Source of the DNA: Marsupella aquatica
Lineage: Eukaryota; Plantae; Marchantiophyta
Assembly (NCBI GenBank): GCA_973895155.1
Contig: OZ316896.1
Coordinates: 20,776,152 to 20,840,151 of the forward strand
Direction of reading: 5' to 3'
DNA: 64,000 nucleotides
Part shown: one piece after another, positions 51,665 through 64,000 of the stretch
Numbering within the stretch: position 1 is the first letter of the stretch
How the letters are laid out: every line of letters starts with the position of its first letter
Translations under genes and position numbers: made by a program
Notes under the pieces: model-generated
Seen by the model: only the letters and a program-made list of their open reading frames with translations
Databases searched by the model: none
What the model was told of the DNA's origin: nothing

Positions 51665-52887
51665 TTAAACCCCCCAGTTCATAATGGGGTTAGTATTAAC
51701 TCATAAGCAGGTTCCCTTGCCCTGTGGGACCAAGGAAGGGGAGCAGAGGGGGGTCAGAGTGGTTCAGGCTATCCAGTAGTGACTTGCCTCCTGGAAATGG
51801 GAACCCACATATAAATTATTATTCACCCAAATATGAAATGAGGGTCAGGGTTGATAATTAATTTTGTTTGGAGGACACGTTAACAATATTGGATAGTTTG
51901 GGGGACAGGTTAGTAAAATGGCATTATTGTAACCCCTTGTGCTGTTAGTTGGAAACTCTCATTTATTCACAAACAAGGCAATTTCATTTATCAAAACCCC
52001 TTGGAATTCATTTAATCCAAAAAGGCAATTTTCATTTATCTTAACTACTTGATTTGGGTTGATGGACACATTTATCATAGCTCCTTGATGACGCACATTA
52101 ATGAATAATCCCATACAACTAGGGATATCAAGGTAAGCACAAAAAGTGAGTATTGCTGGGTATTTGTAGACTAGCAGAGGGGGGCGCTGTGTGGGGTTCA
52201 AATCTTTTAAGGAAATGACTTTGTTTTAGACATACAAGAAAAGGAGATCATTGCCTCTTGCTTGCAGCAAATGGAGATGGTGGCAGGCAAGAAGTGTGCA
52301 ATGCTCATTAATGAGCCCTATATTGTCATTCTACCTGAAGCCAGGGGGCTGTTAGTTGGAAACTCATTTCTTACAGCCCCTTGGGCTGGGAATTGTAATT
52401 TCCAAAGGTTACTTATTTTCACTCACAAAAAACATTCCTAGCATCTTAGTCTTTGTCAACTTGTGTGAATAAGATGCTAGGAACACTCATTATCTAACTT
52501 TCTTTAGATAACTTTCTACTGTCAGATCTTCCTATAATAAAAGACGACCCTTAGATTCTGGGTAATGGGGTCTGTAACTAGTTAATGGAAGACAGAAAGC
52601 CTAGCAATTTTTCTTTTAATCAAAAGTGGTCAACGTTGTAGATAGGTGGAATCTAGCACAATTTAGCCACCCAAAAAAACTAAATCCCAATCCCTTGGGT
52701 CCCACTCTTAGGCATGGCCATTTATTACAACCGCTTGGGTTCAGCTATTTTCCTTGCAAGAGATGAAGGGGTTCTACAGGAACTTAGGGGCATAAGCAAT
52801 CATTATTCACTCCTTGCAAATGTGAGGTCCATTGCATATATTAAAGTTTCATGGGTTTTAGTAGGGTAAAACATTAAATTCACTATA

Positions 52888-52970
52888 TATCAAGATGCTT
52901 AGAATCAACTTTATCCAGGTTGTGCCTGATTTGTGATGTAAATATAAGGTTGATTCTAAGCATCTTGATA
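52888..52970. repeat. Near-perfect inverted repeat, 27-bp arms and 29-nt loop
   Basis: TATCAAGATGCTTAGAATCAACTTTAT ... ATAAGGTTGATTCTAAGCATCTTGATA (26/27 Watson-Crick pairs, one T:G). Confidence 0.9.
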
Positions 52971-54184
52971 CAAACACTGACTTGTCAGTGTATACATATT
53001 CCTGAAGTTCAAAATAGTAGAATAATAATTTGGTGTTCCGTCACGTACAAAAATAAATAAATATTTGGAGCAGGTCCTACACAAACCGGGATGACACTAC
53101 TGTACTGGCCACAGCATGGTTTAGTAAACACCAAGATTCAAATGAAGGGGAGAGATCCATGGGGTCATTTCCCATGGGGTACATTCAGTCCACGTGTCAC
53201 GACACCGACCCTACCGCATCATGGCGATTGCCCGGGCTCCAGACGCGGACCCACTAAGTTTCCGCCACATGGGAAAAAGCAGCCATGTCCGGAGGGGGCG
53301 AGAAGAACATGTTCTGCAATGGAACCCGACCTCAGCGCACCTCAGCCCGGTTTGAGGGCGGAGAATCGCCTCTTCGTCTCTCCCCCTCTCTTCTCTCGTT
53401 TCGGCGAAGAAGAGGGCAAAGCCGACGAAGAGGCGATCGAAGAAAGCTTCTCTTCACCTTTCTGCTTCGCTTGCTTTCGGAGTTCGGGCCGCTCGAATTT
53501 CTGCGCCAGATTCGAAGCTCGAATCGGAGGGCATGGCGGGAACAGACGGGCTGCGAAGCACGGCCGGCGGGTGCGGAATGCGATTGTGATTTCGCCATCG
53601 CAAACGGCATCCGTTTCGGAGCCTCCTGTCGGGTTTTCTCGTTGACGGGAGACAGACGGACGGACGGACGGACGACATGGATGTGGTGGTGCTGGAGGTG
53701 GTGACGATGAGGATGCTTCAGCGTCAGCGAGAAGGCACTGCCGAATGAGAATGCGAATGAGATCCTGAGTTAGGTTTTGACGGTGCGAGCGTTTGAGTTG
53801 TGGGTTTACGACGGAATTGTTTCGTTGGCGATCGGATTCCCGTTTTCTGACGACGGGGAAAATGGTATGAGCGAGAATGGTGCCCGATTGTGCTAGCAGT
53901 CAATTCTTTCGCGAGAGCAGCGAGGGAAGGGGAATGCGAGAGGGAGTGGAAATGTTGTGCGCTGGTTTTGTAGACAACGGAAGGAGGAACGAGGAGCGTT
54001 TTTTGTAAGGTGCCGAACGAAATGCTGTGCACGATGTCGGAGACGTCGATGAATCTGGCAAGTTGAGGCATTGAGGGAGGAGGAAGGAATAGAAATGATG
54101 CGGACGACTTTATAGAGGACTGGGCATCGGCCAGACGGGAGGGGGAAGGGTGAGAGAGAAGGCATTGGAGGAGTTGTAGGGTGG

Positions 54185-57100
54185 ATGGCGAGGATTACGC
54201 GTCGGCGGAGGAAGCGAGCGAAGTATTTACCAGCGGCGTTGGGATCGTCGTCTGAGTCTGACGGTGGAGGGTCTGGTGGTTCGGAGGATGAACACGATGA
54301 GTCTGAAAAGCAAGAGCGGCGTTGGCAATTGAGGCGGTCGACGTTGGAAAGCAGAGCCAAGGGGAAGCAGATAGTGGAGGAGGAGGAAGAGAGTTGTACG
54401 AGTACTTGTGAGACGACCGAGGATGATGATGAGGATGAGGAGGAAGTGGGGAAGGGGGAGGAACATCAATTGCAACAACAACAACAACAGCCGCAGGAGG
54501 ACCAACAGGAGATGCGGCATTCCAACGGGGAAATTCCGAAGGAGGAGATCTGTGGCATATGTTTGTCGGAGGGGGGAAATGAGAGGGGAAAATTGGATTG
54601 CTGTGACCATTTCTTCTGTTTTGCGTGCATTATGGAGTGGTCCAAAGTCGAGTCGCGGTGCCCAATGTGTAAGCAGCGTTTTGTTACCGTGATGCGCCCT
54701 GCTGTTTCTGGTGTTTCGCGCAGCCGCACTCGGAGCTTTCGCATTCCCACCCGCGACCAGGTCCTGTTCCAATCGCTGTTCTCGTTATGCTTCACGTCCT
54801 CTCCTCTCCTCTCCCCAAATTCATTGTCAACAAATTAGTCATGGACATAATTCTAACTTTGCACATGGGTAGCCTTGGAAATGCTTCTGGATGCAAAAAG
54901 TTTGTTCTTATCAATGGGAAGGAAATTCCATAATGCATTTGTTAGGTGAGCTATTTGTTAGGTGAGATAGATCCCATTTCGTTTCTATGAGTTCCTCCCT
55001 GACCAACTCCTTGACTGCTAGCTTTCTTCCCTCAGAGGAAGGAACTAGTGAAGGAGAAGGTACTGAGCAGGTGCAAGGATTTCTTTCAAGGACAATTGAT
55101 TATTGTAGTAACCCCTGTCATGGATAGCTATGGAAATGTGTCAGTCGAATTAATCTGGATGCAGAAACCGCGTCCGTAGTAATTGATCGCGAAAGAATTA
55201 CGTGATTATTTCGAGAGACATTCCCCAACTTGTTCATTACACACCCGATGTGTCGATCCACCTAGGGTGTACACTGGACGATATGGGAGGTCTGCCTGTG
55301 CAAATCCGTTTCCAAGCACGAGAATTTGGGAGAATTTGGGCCTTTGCCTTTCTTTATATTAGGTAGTTGCGAAGCAGCAGAATTGCGCAATGTGAAGTTT
55401 GTCCTTCCCTGATGGTGAGCTGGAAGTGGTTTGAAATGCAGGTCTATGAGCCATCGGAGGAGGAGATTCGTCTATTCACAGACCCTTATCAAAACACAGT
55501 GTGTACAGAGTGTCAAGAAGCAGGAGATGAGGGACTGCTTCTTCTGTGTGACCGGTGTGATGCAGCGGCTCATACGTACTGTGTGGGTCTCGGGCGGTCA
55601 GTCCCTAGAGGGGATTGGTTCTGCCACGCGTGTCTGGCAAGAGAGATGGAAAGTTCCGAGGAAGAGGATGGTGAGGACGCCACTTTTGACACGACAGATA
55701 TAGACGAGGAGGAAGGCTCAGGCACGGAATCCATTCTAGCGATGATAGTGGGAGATGTTCCGCCGAATCTCTTCCCTGGAAGAACTAGGCGTTCAGCTGC
55801 ATCCCAACGACAGGTGCCACTGAGAAGAAGCACTCGGCGCAGAGTGAGGAGAAGCTCTCTTTCTGATTCCACTGCACTGACGGATGCTTTGATGATGACC
55901 ATCACTTCCAATTCCCAGAGGCGAGGGTATTTCCCTTCCCTGATCGAGACCCATCCCGCAAGGACTCTCTCTCATCAGCGGCAAGTGCAGGCTACTGTGC
56001 AGAATAGATTACAAAATATGAGAGAAAATTGGAATAGGTATCGGAGTGGCGAAGTACAATTCAGTTCCGTGGGTCATAGTGTTGAAAGTTCAAGACCTGG
56101 GTCCGCAGCCGGAGGGTCATTGTCAACTCCAAGGCTTGGTAGGTCCACATCTGCAGCAACAATGGATGGACATGGTGGAGCAGCTCAGACCACATCCCAA
56201 ACAACACGAGGTGGCAGGGCAGCTGAATCAGAGGACATTGAGCAAGCGTGGGTTAATTTGCACAGAGCAATAAGATTGGAAGAGAGCACCGCGGGTCCTT
56301 CCCGGCCAATGACTCCTTCTCGTCTGAACTCAGCGCCTGATAGGAGGAATGGGGAAGTTAGGCCGCAGGGAACTCCGATTTCAGCAAGAACAAGGGTTAG
56401 GACTCATCAATTAGATATCATGACAAGAGCAAATAGCTCACGAGGTACTCCCGTAGAAAGAAATTCTCAAGGAGATGACCATTCAAGAGCCAACAGCTCA
56501 AGGAGACGAGACGAATCTAGAGCCAACAGCGCAAGGCCTCGGGATGAGAGGCACACACAAAGCAAGGGATGGACTGACAGCGCAGGTGAAGGACTTCATT
56601 TTTCCAATTCTCGCAGCTCGAACGGTAGACACTTTGATAGGAGGGAATCCTGTCGGCAAGGCTCGACCGCAGGGCCTTCTGAAAGTGGAAACGTAGACAT
56701 TTTATCATGCGCAGCTGATAATAGCAGAAGTCGTTATCATCTAAGAGAGAGCAACCGACATCATCTTTCCAGGACAGGGAACAATCAGGAAGACAATGCT
56801 GTGACAATTGGTAGTCTCAGGAGTCCCTCCTCGAGGGAGTACAGGTGCGGTCCTGAAAGTTTGACTTTGCGAAGTATACTTGACGACAAGGACAACTCAA
56901 GGGGATCCGGAGGGGTTACTACAAGAAGCAGAGAAGCTAAAGAAACTCAGATGTTACATGGACACAGCATTCTGGATGATAAGGACAATTCAAGGGGGTC
57001 AACTGGGGTCGTGACCAGGTGGAGAGAGGCCCAAGATGCGCAAGCTTTGCATGGAAGAAGCATATTGGATGACAAGGAAAACTCAAATTCAAGGGCCTCA

Positions 57101-57724
57101 ACAGGACCCACTACCAGAAGTGAATCAGATCGAAACCGATCGCAGTCCCGTTCTCACGAGAGGGGCCAGTCTGCTTCTCGCAATCCGAACAGAGATGAAG
57201 AGATGAAGCTCATGAAGGCACAGTGTTTTGATCTAGTCAGCAATGCTTTAAAGCCCATGTTTGAAAAGGGCATCATTGGTAACCCATCCTCTCTCTGACT
57301 TTGGGATTGGAATGCTTTTCATCCACTATTGATGCTTACGTTGTTCATAGTCTTTGTCGCTGTTGTACGTTGATGACTGCCTTTATCTTTTTATCGATGA
57401 TCCTTGCTTTATTCGATGATCCTTGCTATAGTCAATAATACTTGCTTTCCTCGCTGAGAATGTTGGTTCTTGGAACATCGTTTGAATGCAGATAGGAATC
57501 AGTTCAAGGAACTTGCCAGGTCTGCAACGCATACCATCTTGTCGTCTCTCGGCGTGCCCGGATTGAAGCATGAAATAGAAGTAGTGGCGGTGGGGACTAT
57601 TTCATGTGATCACGAACAGCCAACTTCATCCAGTTTAATCCCTGGATGTTGTACTCCATGTGTTCAGCGCCATGTGAAGAGATTTGTGAAAAGCCTTGTG
57701 AAGGAAAAAATACAGCAGAAGTAG
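54185..57724 (+). CDS. RING finger + PHD finger protein (PHRF1/SCAF11-like) with C-terminal SRI-like helical domain; exons 54185-54760, 55442-57278, 57492-57724
   Basis: RING CGICLS...LDCCDHFFCFACIMEWSKVESRCPMC; RDQ|VYEP junction; PHD CTECQEAGDEGLLLLCDRCDAAAHTYCVGL...GDWFCHAC; C-terminal ALKPMFEKGIID|RNQFKELARSATHTIL. All junctions are GT-AG and in frame. Confidence 0.92.
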
Positions 57725-59545
57725 TCATTTCTGAAGGTGGATACGACTGGCTAAACTTTCATCAGCTGTTGCTTGGATCTCCAAGCAAGGGCTAGAGGTC
57801 GAGCTTTAGAAAGCCGTAGTTTTGTTCCTTCATTATGCTTGGCGATGTCCTCCCCAGTTAGTCTTGGGAGGGCTGCCGAACAGATTGAAGCAGCTTCTCC
57901 ATTCAGATGGTGCCTGCCTCTCAACTTATCCATCGCTTTGTTGGATACGTACATCGTTGTACTCTACTAGGAGCCCGACGAAAGTTCTGAACGGGCACCT
58001 GAAGTAGAAAGCAATTTGACTGCAACATTTGGTAGCACGCAGCAGTCTGGACTCGGATACATCAGCAATTTAGATCATTCTTAAACGCGATCTGCAAATT
58101 TTTTATTTGAGATCTTTACAAGCAGTGGATCTCAGATACTCTAAGCTAGGGTTACACCAAGAGACACCATTCTAAGCAGTAGCAATGATTCCTACCAATG
58201 CAGTCTTCATCTCACAAGGACCTCAGACTTACGACCTGGTCAAATGATGGGAGAGTTTAGCTGTGTGAAATGTAAATTGCTCCAAGGGTAGTGGTCTACC
58301 TCTGCCTTTGACTACTCCACCATTCAGGAGGCAGGCAGTAGTTTAAAAGGCGTATTTGGGAGCTCTTCCATGTACAGTTTTCATTAGAAAAAGAGCGTTA
58401 TTCATATGACTTTGTTATCGGCAAGGTCTTACAGGTACGGACGCGTCAAAAATATCTGAGCAAACTCAGGATTGTCCACTTCTAAATAATCTGTATTAGT
58501 CTGGAAAGGGTGTTACCTGCTACATTTCTCCTGCTTGAGAAGGAAAGTAATCCTCATTTATCATTCAATCTGGGTGGGCCGTGGGCCCGACTACACAAGG
58601 AACTGACTAGGGAAGGATAATACTGTCAGCGAGCGGGAATGTTGTGATACAGATTTGTTTAGCAGCAGCTTTTATTAACTATGAACAAGATAAACATTTC
58701 TCTCCATCACAGGAGGATCACCAGATCAACGACGCCGTACCTTTATGTTCAGGATCCTACAACACTGGAGCTTCCTGTTCGGGATCCTAGATCAGCATAT
58801 GCATTCGGAATCCAATACACTACGTGTGCCAAGCATAACGAGGCTCGTGCCATCAATAATGCACATCCTCTTTGTTGGCCTCCGGCTCATTAGGTCTTTA
58901 TAACCGGTGTTAGGTATTGGTCGCTTTGTATGCCAATAAAGCTTCAAAAAGTGCTTTCCAGGACGAATTGGATTTTCACAACTGGTACCTTTTACACGTT
59001 GATTCGTCACAGAAGACGGTGGATACATGATTGCGATTATGCATTCAGTGTGCAATCCCCAGTTAGGACGCACAAGATGCTGAAAGCAAAATCCATGAGA
59101 AGCCAGAGTTGCATAGAATCAAGTAGGGCAGACCCGCAGTGGACGATTCTGCTCCTAGACAATTCTTGCGCAAAAGCAAATGCTTTGGGATGAAGGAGAG
59201 TATCTCAACATGGAGAAATTAATTGAATCAATTCTAAAGTACACAGATCTACAAAGGCTGAGGTATCATACCAAAATTGGTCACAGGTCTGATAAAGCCA
59301 AAGAATGAATGGGACGAGTTCAGCTACTTTATACATCAATCTCCTGTGGTAGCATAAGTTTCAAACTGATGACAATGCGTCTACCCCTAAAACGGGTCAT
59401 TCGAGAAAGAATGAGCAACAATGAGCAACTACCCATCAGTGAGCAACAATGCTGGGTTTCAAACACTAAAGGAAAGAGTGCTAGAGTCCAGCACAACCCA
59501 AAAACCTTGCCGTCGGCACCTCTCAAGCTACTTTCACTCATCTTA

Positions 59546-60258
59546 TCAACTGATATGTCGGGAGATAGAACACTTCTCAGGATCAGAACTTGAAGTACCA
59601 CCATGGTCTCGCTCTAAGGATGTAGCTTCATTGAAACCTCTTCCGCATTTTGGACAAATATCCAGCGGTTCCTGTTGGCTTGCAACTCTCCATTGACCAG
59701 TAGTGTATATTCTCTCTGCATGTTGCATGAGCTCGTTTACTGTGTTGAACATCGCTCCACATTGTGAACACAACTCTCTGGCAGAGCAGTTGTTTGCACG
59801 GATAGATACCCCTTGTAGAGCCTGCCTCACAGGACTTACCCTTCATTGTGTTTGACCGATCCCTGTTGTCGAACCCAACCTGCTCATACTCTTTTCCACA
59901 GTCGATGCAGCTGTCTGAAAGCCTACACAAAGTGCTTGGGATTGGGACTGAAGATACTGCAGGCCCTTTCGCAGTAACCCCTGTAGGAGCCAATGTGGCG
60001 TTTTTAATGAAACTTTTGGATGGGAAGTCAGAGACACATTAAGAAGGTGCTAGCATAAGGCTTGACCTTGAAACCATTTGCATATTCTTTCGATCATTTC
60101 AACCATTAGCTGAAAGAAGACCAGCCAGGGCGGGGGAAAAATGAATGAATAGTTAAGCTTACGGTTTTGCAAGCATCACAGGTGAACGGCAGAAAGTCGA
60201 CAAGGGTGCATTCGCGAACCGCAGTGTTTCCAAGATCTGGAAACGAAGGTGTCCCCAT
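59546..60258 (-). pseudogene. Decayed AN1 + C2H2 zinc-finger stress-associated protein (SAP11/SAP13-type) copy
   Basis: MGTPSFPDLGNTAVRECTLVDFLPFTCDACKT has lost the first Cys ligand; most of the AN1 region is missing. C2H2-1 lacks its last His, C2H2-2 has a 12-nt deletion relative to the 63880-64000 copy, and the stop reads CGA where the other copy has TGA. Confidence 0.8.
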
Positions 60259-60716
60259 TCTCAGCGTCAGTAGTTAAGTTCAGTTCCGTCCAACTCAGGG
60301 AGCTCCAGGTCCTATTCCGCCTTCTCCTGCTCTTCTTCTTCTTGCTTTTGTTGTTGTCCTACTTCTCCTAATTCTTCTCTTCTTCTTCGTCTTCTTCTTG
60401 TTCCTCCATATCCTCAGAACCTTCTAAGCGACAGGTTCTCCAGTGCACGATGAGTATCCAAATCTATCCACAACAACAAATCCATCCCCGCCTCCACATC
60501 AACCAGGGCTAACCAATCCGACTCGGAGTCACCCACTCAATCAATCAATTAATCATTCCACGACACCGCCGCGGCCGGAATTTGAAACTTGCCTTCCATG
60601 GAACTTGAAAATATGGAACCGAAAAGCAGCAAACTGGGTAAAATGATTATCGCTTTGTAGACTGACAAGAAACACAGCCCGTCCATTGAGACACACTGGT
60701 GGGGCTTTCCCCTGTT

Positions 60717-61400
60717 TTATATCTCGTCGAGTTCTCGGTACCGTTTCTCAAAGTTGAAAACATCTGCGAAACATTCAATGAGCTGCTCCGTAACGACATC
60801 TTCTTCAGGCAGAGGCACAGAACTCTCCTTCTTCAACGAGGTGACCTCCTTGTCAGGGATCCCGCAAGGAACAATATGGGAGAAAAGCTGCAAATCTGGA
60901 TCAATGTTGAAGGCAAGTCCATGAGAAGTGATGCCGCCTGACGATATTCTCACCCCAATTGCCCCTAGTTTGCGATCCTCCACCCAAATGCCTGTCCGCT
61001 TGGAGAATCTTCCCTTCGCTTGGACTCCATAGATTGCAGCTGCGTTGATCATGGTATCTTCCAGGCCTTCCACGTATCTACGTGCGCCCAATTTCAATTC
61101 ATGGAGCGCAATAATGGGGTAGAGCACGGCTTGGTGCGGTCCATGGAAGGTGATGTCACCTCCCCGCTCGGAAACGTGCACCTCGGCTCCCAGGCTAGCA
61201 AGGGTGGCTGGGCTTGCCAGAAGATTGTGCAAGGTCTGTCGTTTGCCCACGGTGAAAGTGGGTGGGTGTTGCAATGAGATGAGAGTATTGCCGATTGCTC
61301 CGGCTCGACGCTTCTCCACCAGCAAGTTCTGCAATTCGCTTGCTTGAGGATATGCAACGACGCCCAAACGCACCACATCGAGACCCTTCTTGCCTGCCAT
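60717..61400 (-). CDS. LIP2: Octanoyltransferase LipB/LIP2, mitochondrial type, intronless, 227 aa
   Basis: LQHPPTFTVGKR, RGGDITFHGPHQAVLYPI, GIWVEDRKLGAIGVRIS, TSHGLAFN, IVPCGIPDKEVTSL. Confidence 0.95.
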   Translation of the reverse strand: MAGKKGLDVVRLGVVAYPQASELQNLLVEKRRAGAIGNTLISLQHPPTFTVGKRQTLHNLLASPATLASLGAEVHVSERGGDITFHGPHQAVLYPIIALHELKLGARRYVEGLEDTMINAAAIYGVQAKGRFSKRTGIWVEDRKLGAIGVRISSGGITSHGLAFNIDPDLQLFSHIVPCGIPDKEVTSLKKESSVPLPEEDVVTEQLIECFADVFNFEKRYRELDEI

Positions 61401-61694
61401 TAGTGCTCTCCTTCGTTTCTCTGCTCAGCATCCAAACACCACTAGTATGAATCCATAGCTATCGACAAACGAAAGCTTGTATACAATCGAGCAGATGCAT
61501 GGTTCCATAGCTTTTCTGTGAAAAATTATGGATTAGAGACAACGTGCGACATCGTACTTTCTTGGTTGTCATATAATGTTTACCGAAGTATTGACATTGA
61601 TTTGTTCTAAGCATGACAATGCAGATCACAATAATGTATATACAATGATCTCTGGCATGAGGTGCTGAGGGAAGGAAACAGTTTAGCCTGACCT

Positions 61695-62230
61695 TCCAGT
61701 TGACAGCCATTGGGGCCTGACTGTGGATCATAGGATTGAGTCTCAACGGTAACAATTGGATGGACCTGACCTCCCTAGTTGGGGGTTATGGACACAAAAA
61801 GTTATGGACTATGAATTTGCCATAAGATTAGTCTTATGGACACAAAAAGTTATGGACCATTAATTTGCCATAAGATTGGTTGTATGCCATAACCAGTGTA
61901 GCCTTACCTTCCAGTTGACAGCCATTGGGGCTCACTGTGGATCATGGGATTGAGTCTCAAAGGTAACAATTTGATGGACCTGACCTCCCTCCTTGTTGGT
62001 TATGGACACAAAAAGTTATGGACTATGAATTTGCCATCAGATTGGTTGTATGCCATAACCAGTTTAGCCTTACACTTCCAGTTGACAGCCTTGCTATGGA
62101 TTATAGTATTATTAGGGCGTCTGAAAGCTAACAATTTGATGGACCTTACTCCCTCATTGCAGGTTACGGGCACAAAAAGTTATGGACTATGAATTCGCCA
62201 TAAGGATTGGTCATATGCCATAACCATTAG
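61695..62230. repeat. Degenerate tandem repeat, 3 units of ~155-215 bp, upstream of LIP2
   Basis: TTCCAGTTGACAGCC...TAACAATT(G/T)GATGGACCT...CACAAAAAGTTATGGACTATGAATT recurs at ~61695, ~61909 and ~62076. Confidence 0.85.
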
Positions 62231-63879
62231 TCATTGTAGAGGCTGGTGACAGAGAAAACAAAAAGATCTTTGACATAACCTTGTGAAAAAAATTAGAACC
62301 ATTCCTTTATGTCCAAATGACATCTTCCATAATTTATAAGCTTTGAGACCCCCTATTGAGATTGCAAGGTGTGAACATGGATTTCCCAGGTTATTTATTA
62401 CCTTGGGATCAAATTGGTTCCTGATCAAAGAAAAGGACAATGGGGGCCAGGTCTGGTCTGGGTTACTAGCATGTAACAATGTGACCAGAAAGTGAAGAAA
62501 ACCTGACATGCCTCTAGGAAGTTTTGGTTGAACCTAGAATTCCTCTCCATAGTAACACTATAGTACATGACTGCTAGAAAAAGGTTATAGTACATGACTG
62601 CTAGAAAAAGGTTACTTTTGGGCAAGAGATTATGGGAATATTATGTACTTCCAAAAATGGTTACACTCATTCCCTACAGTAATTACATGTAAAATAATAA
62701 ATAGCGCCCAGCTCAGAGACAATCCCACAGGCTAAAGACCCACAGAAGGGGCAGGCAAACAAAGGGTCTAAAGGCCAGAGCAACAAAGGAATGAGATCAC
62801 AACAAAAACACCCAGGGGAAAAAAGACCAGAAACCCTATTGCTCCGCAGACCAAAGAGAGTTTAGCTCAGGGGTGAAGTGCATAGGAGAGTCTAGCAAAG
62901 GAATCTGTCTCGATTCCCTACAACTTATGGTCTCCACCCTACAAAAAATAGTGAATCCCTGAGCCCTCTCAAGTGCAGCAGACACCCTGTGACGAAAAAA
63001 GGCGGTGATAACAGAAAAAGGTGATAACAGAAAAAGGCGGTGATAACAGACACAGGGGTGTAATGCCTCCTCTCAACATAATGTACCATACAAGATCAGA
63101 GGAAATGGTCAAATGTTGGGTGTAAAGCCCCAAAACCCTCCATAGCAAATGGGTATAATAGATCACTAGGGTAACCACGCATAGCATAACCCTCCTTAAA
63201 GCTGCACAGTCCTTGCAGTGGCATGGCCAGGTACATGAGCAGTCGCTGCAACATTGGTCAGATTTGTGATCTCCTCGCCAGGACGAATGGGGTTGAAAAA
63301 AATGAGACCAGAGCCTTTCACACGTTGATTCTTGACCTTAAACAGTGAAAACATGACGGCCCTTTATGCTTTCATTGGCAATCACCAGTTAGACCATACA
63401 AGATACTGGAAGCAAAACTCCATGAAAGTGCAGAGTTGTACAGAATCACGGAGAGTAGACCAGCAGTGGACGGTTCTGCGCTTCCACCATGCTTAAAACC
63501 AAATTGAACCGCTGTGGGATGGAGGAGAGTATCTCATTAGGGAGAAATTCAATGAATTATTTCTAAAAGTACACAGATCTACAAGGGATGAGGTATTCCA
63601 CCAAAATTGGTCACAGCTCTGATAAAGCCAAAGAATGAATGGGACGAGTTCAGCTAGTTCATACATCAACGTTCTGTCGTAGCAGAAATTTGATGACTAT
63701 TTTCAAACTCATGACAATGCGCCTATCCCTTGACCAGGTCAATCGAGAAAGAACAACTACCAATTATTGAGCAAGAATGCTGGGGTTCAAAGGGCGCTCG
63801 AGTAGAGCACAACCTAACAACCTCCCGTTGGCACCTCTCGGACGACTTTCACTCATCTTATCAACTGACGGATGATATG

Positions 63880-64000
63880 TCAGGAGATAGAACACTTCTC
63901 AGGATCAGAACTTGAAGTACCACCATGGTCTCGCTCCACATGATTAACTAAGGATATAGCGTCATTGAACCCTCTTCCACATTTTGGACATATATCCAGC
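63880..64000 (-). CDS. Last coding segment of an AN1/C2H2 SAP gene (continues beyond the window)
   Basis: LDICPKCGRGFNDAISLVNHVERDHGGTSSSDPEKCSIS*: intact C2H2 finger. 3' region 63400-64000 is paralogous to 59085-59690. Confidence 0.82.
   Translation of the reverse strand, partial: LDICPKCGRGFNDAISLVNHVERDHGGTSSSDPEKCSIS

Noticed and set aside
53091-54184. Several 90-185-aa ORFs upstream of the RING-PHD gene
   Set aside because: GC-rich promoter / 5'-UTR sequence with ORFs in many frames and no domain signal.

Overview
Eukaryotic nuclear DNA from a land plant. Intron-rich genes, a plastid PSII assembly factor and a candidate cilia-associated gene suggest a lineage with flagellated sperm (bryophyte, lycophyte or fern); this is inference. 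Genes, left to right: the 3' end of an organellar isoleucyl-tRNA synthetase (+); an intronless RNase H1 of the fungal/metazoan/oomycete type rather than the usual land-plant type (-); a ~28-exon CAND1 (+); LPA2 (+); a PRELI/MSF1 lipid-transfer protein (+); a probable CFAP97/Hemingway-domain gene (-); a RING-PHD PHRF1-like gene (+); a decayed AN1/C2H2 SAP copy (-); mitochondrial octanoyltransferase LIP2 (-); and the last exon of an apparently intact AN1/C2H2 SAP gene ending in a CaaX box (-). Intergenic DNA holds a full-length but disabled Ty1/copia element (LTRs, PBS, PPT, 5-bp TSD), several Helitron termini and a Rep/PIF1 helicase remnant, two MITE families, a degenerate Crypton-like tyrosine recombinase and tandem repeats. 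The window also has several short local duplications: a CAND1 exon/intron block, a ~0.7-kb 5' leader shared by two unrelated genes, a promoter copy, a duplicated splice acceptor and the SAP pseudogene. All family assignments come from motif recognition by eye; no database searches were run.
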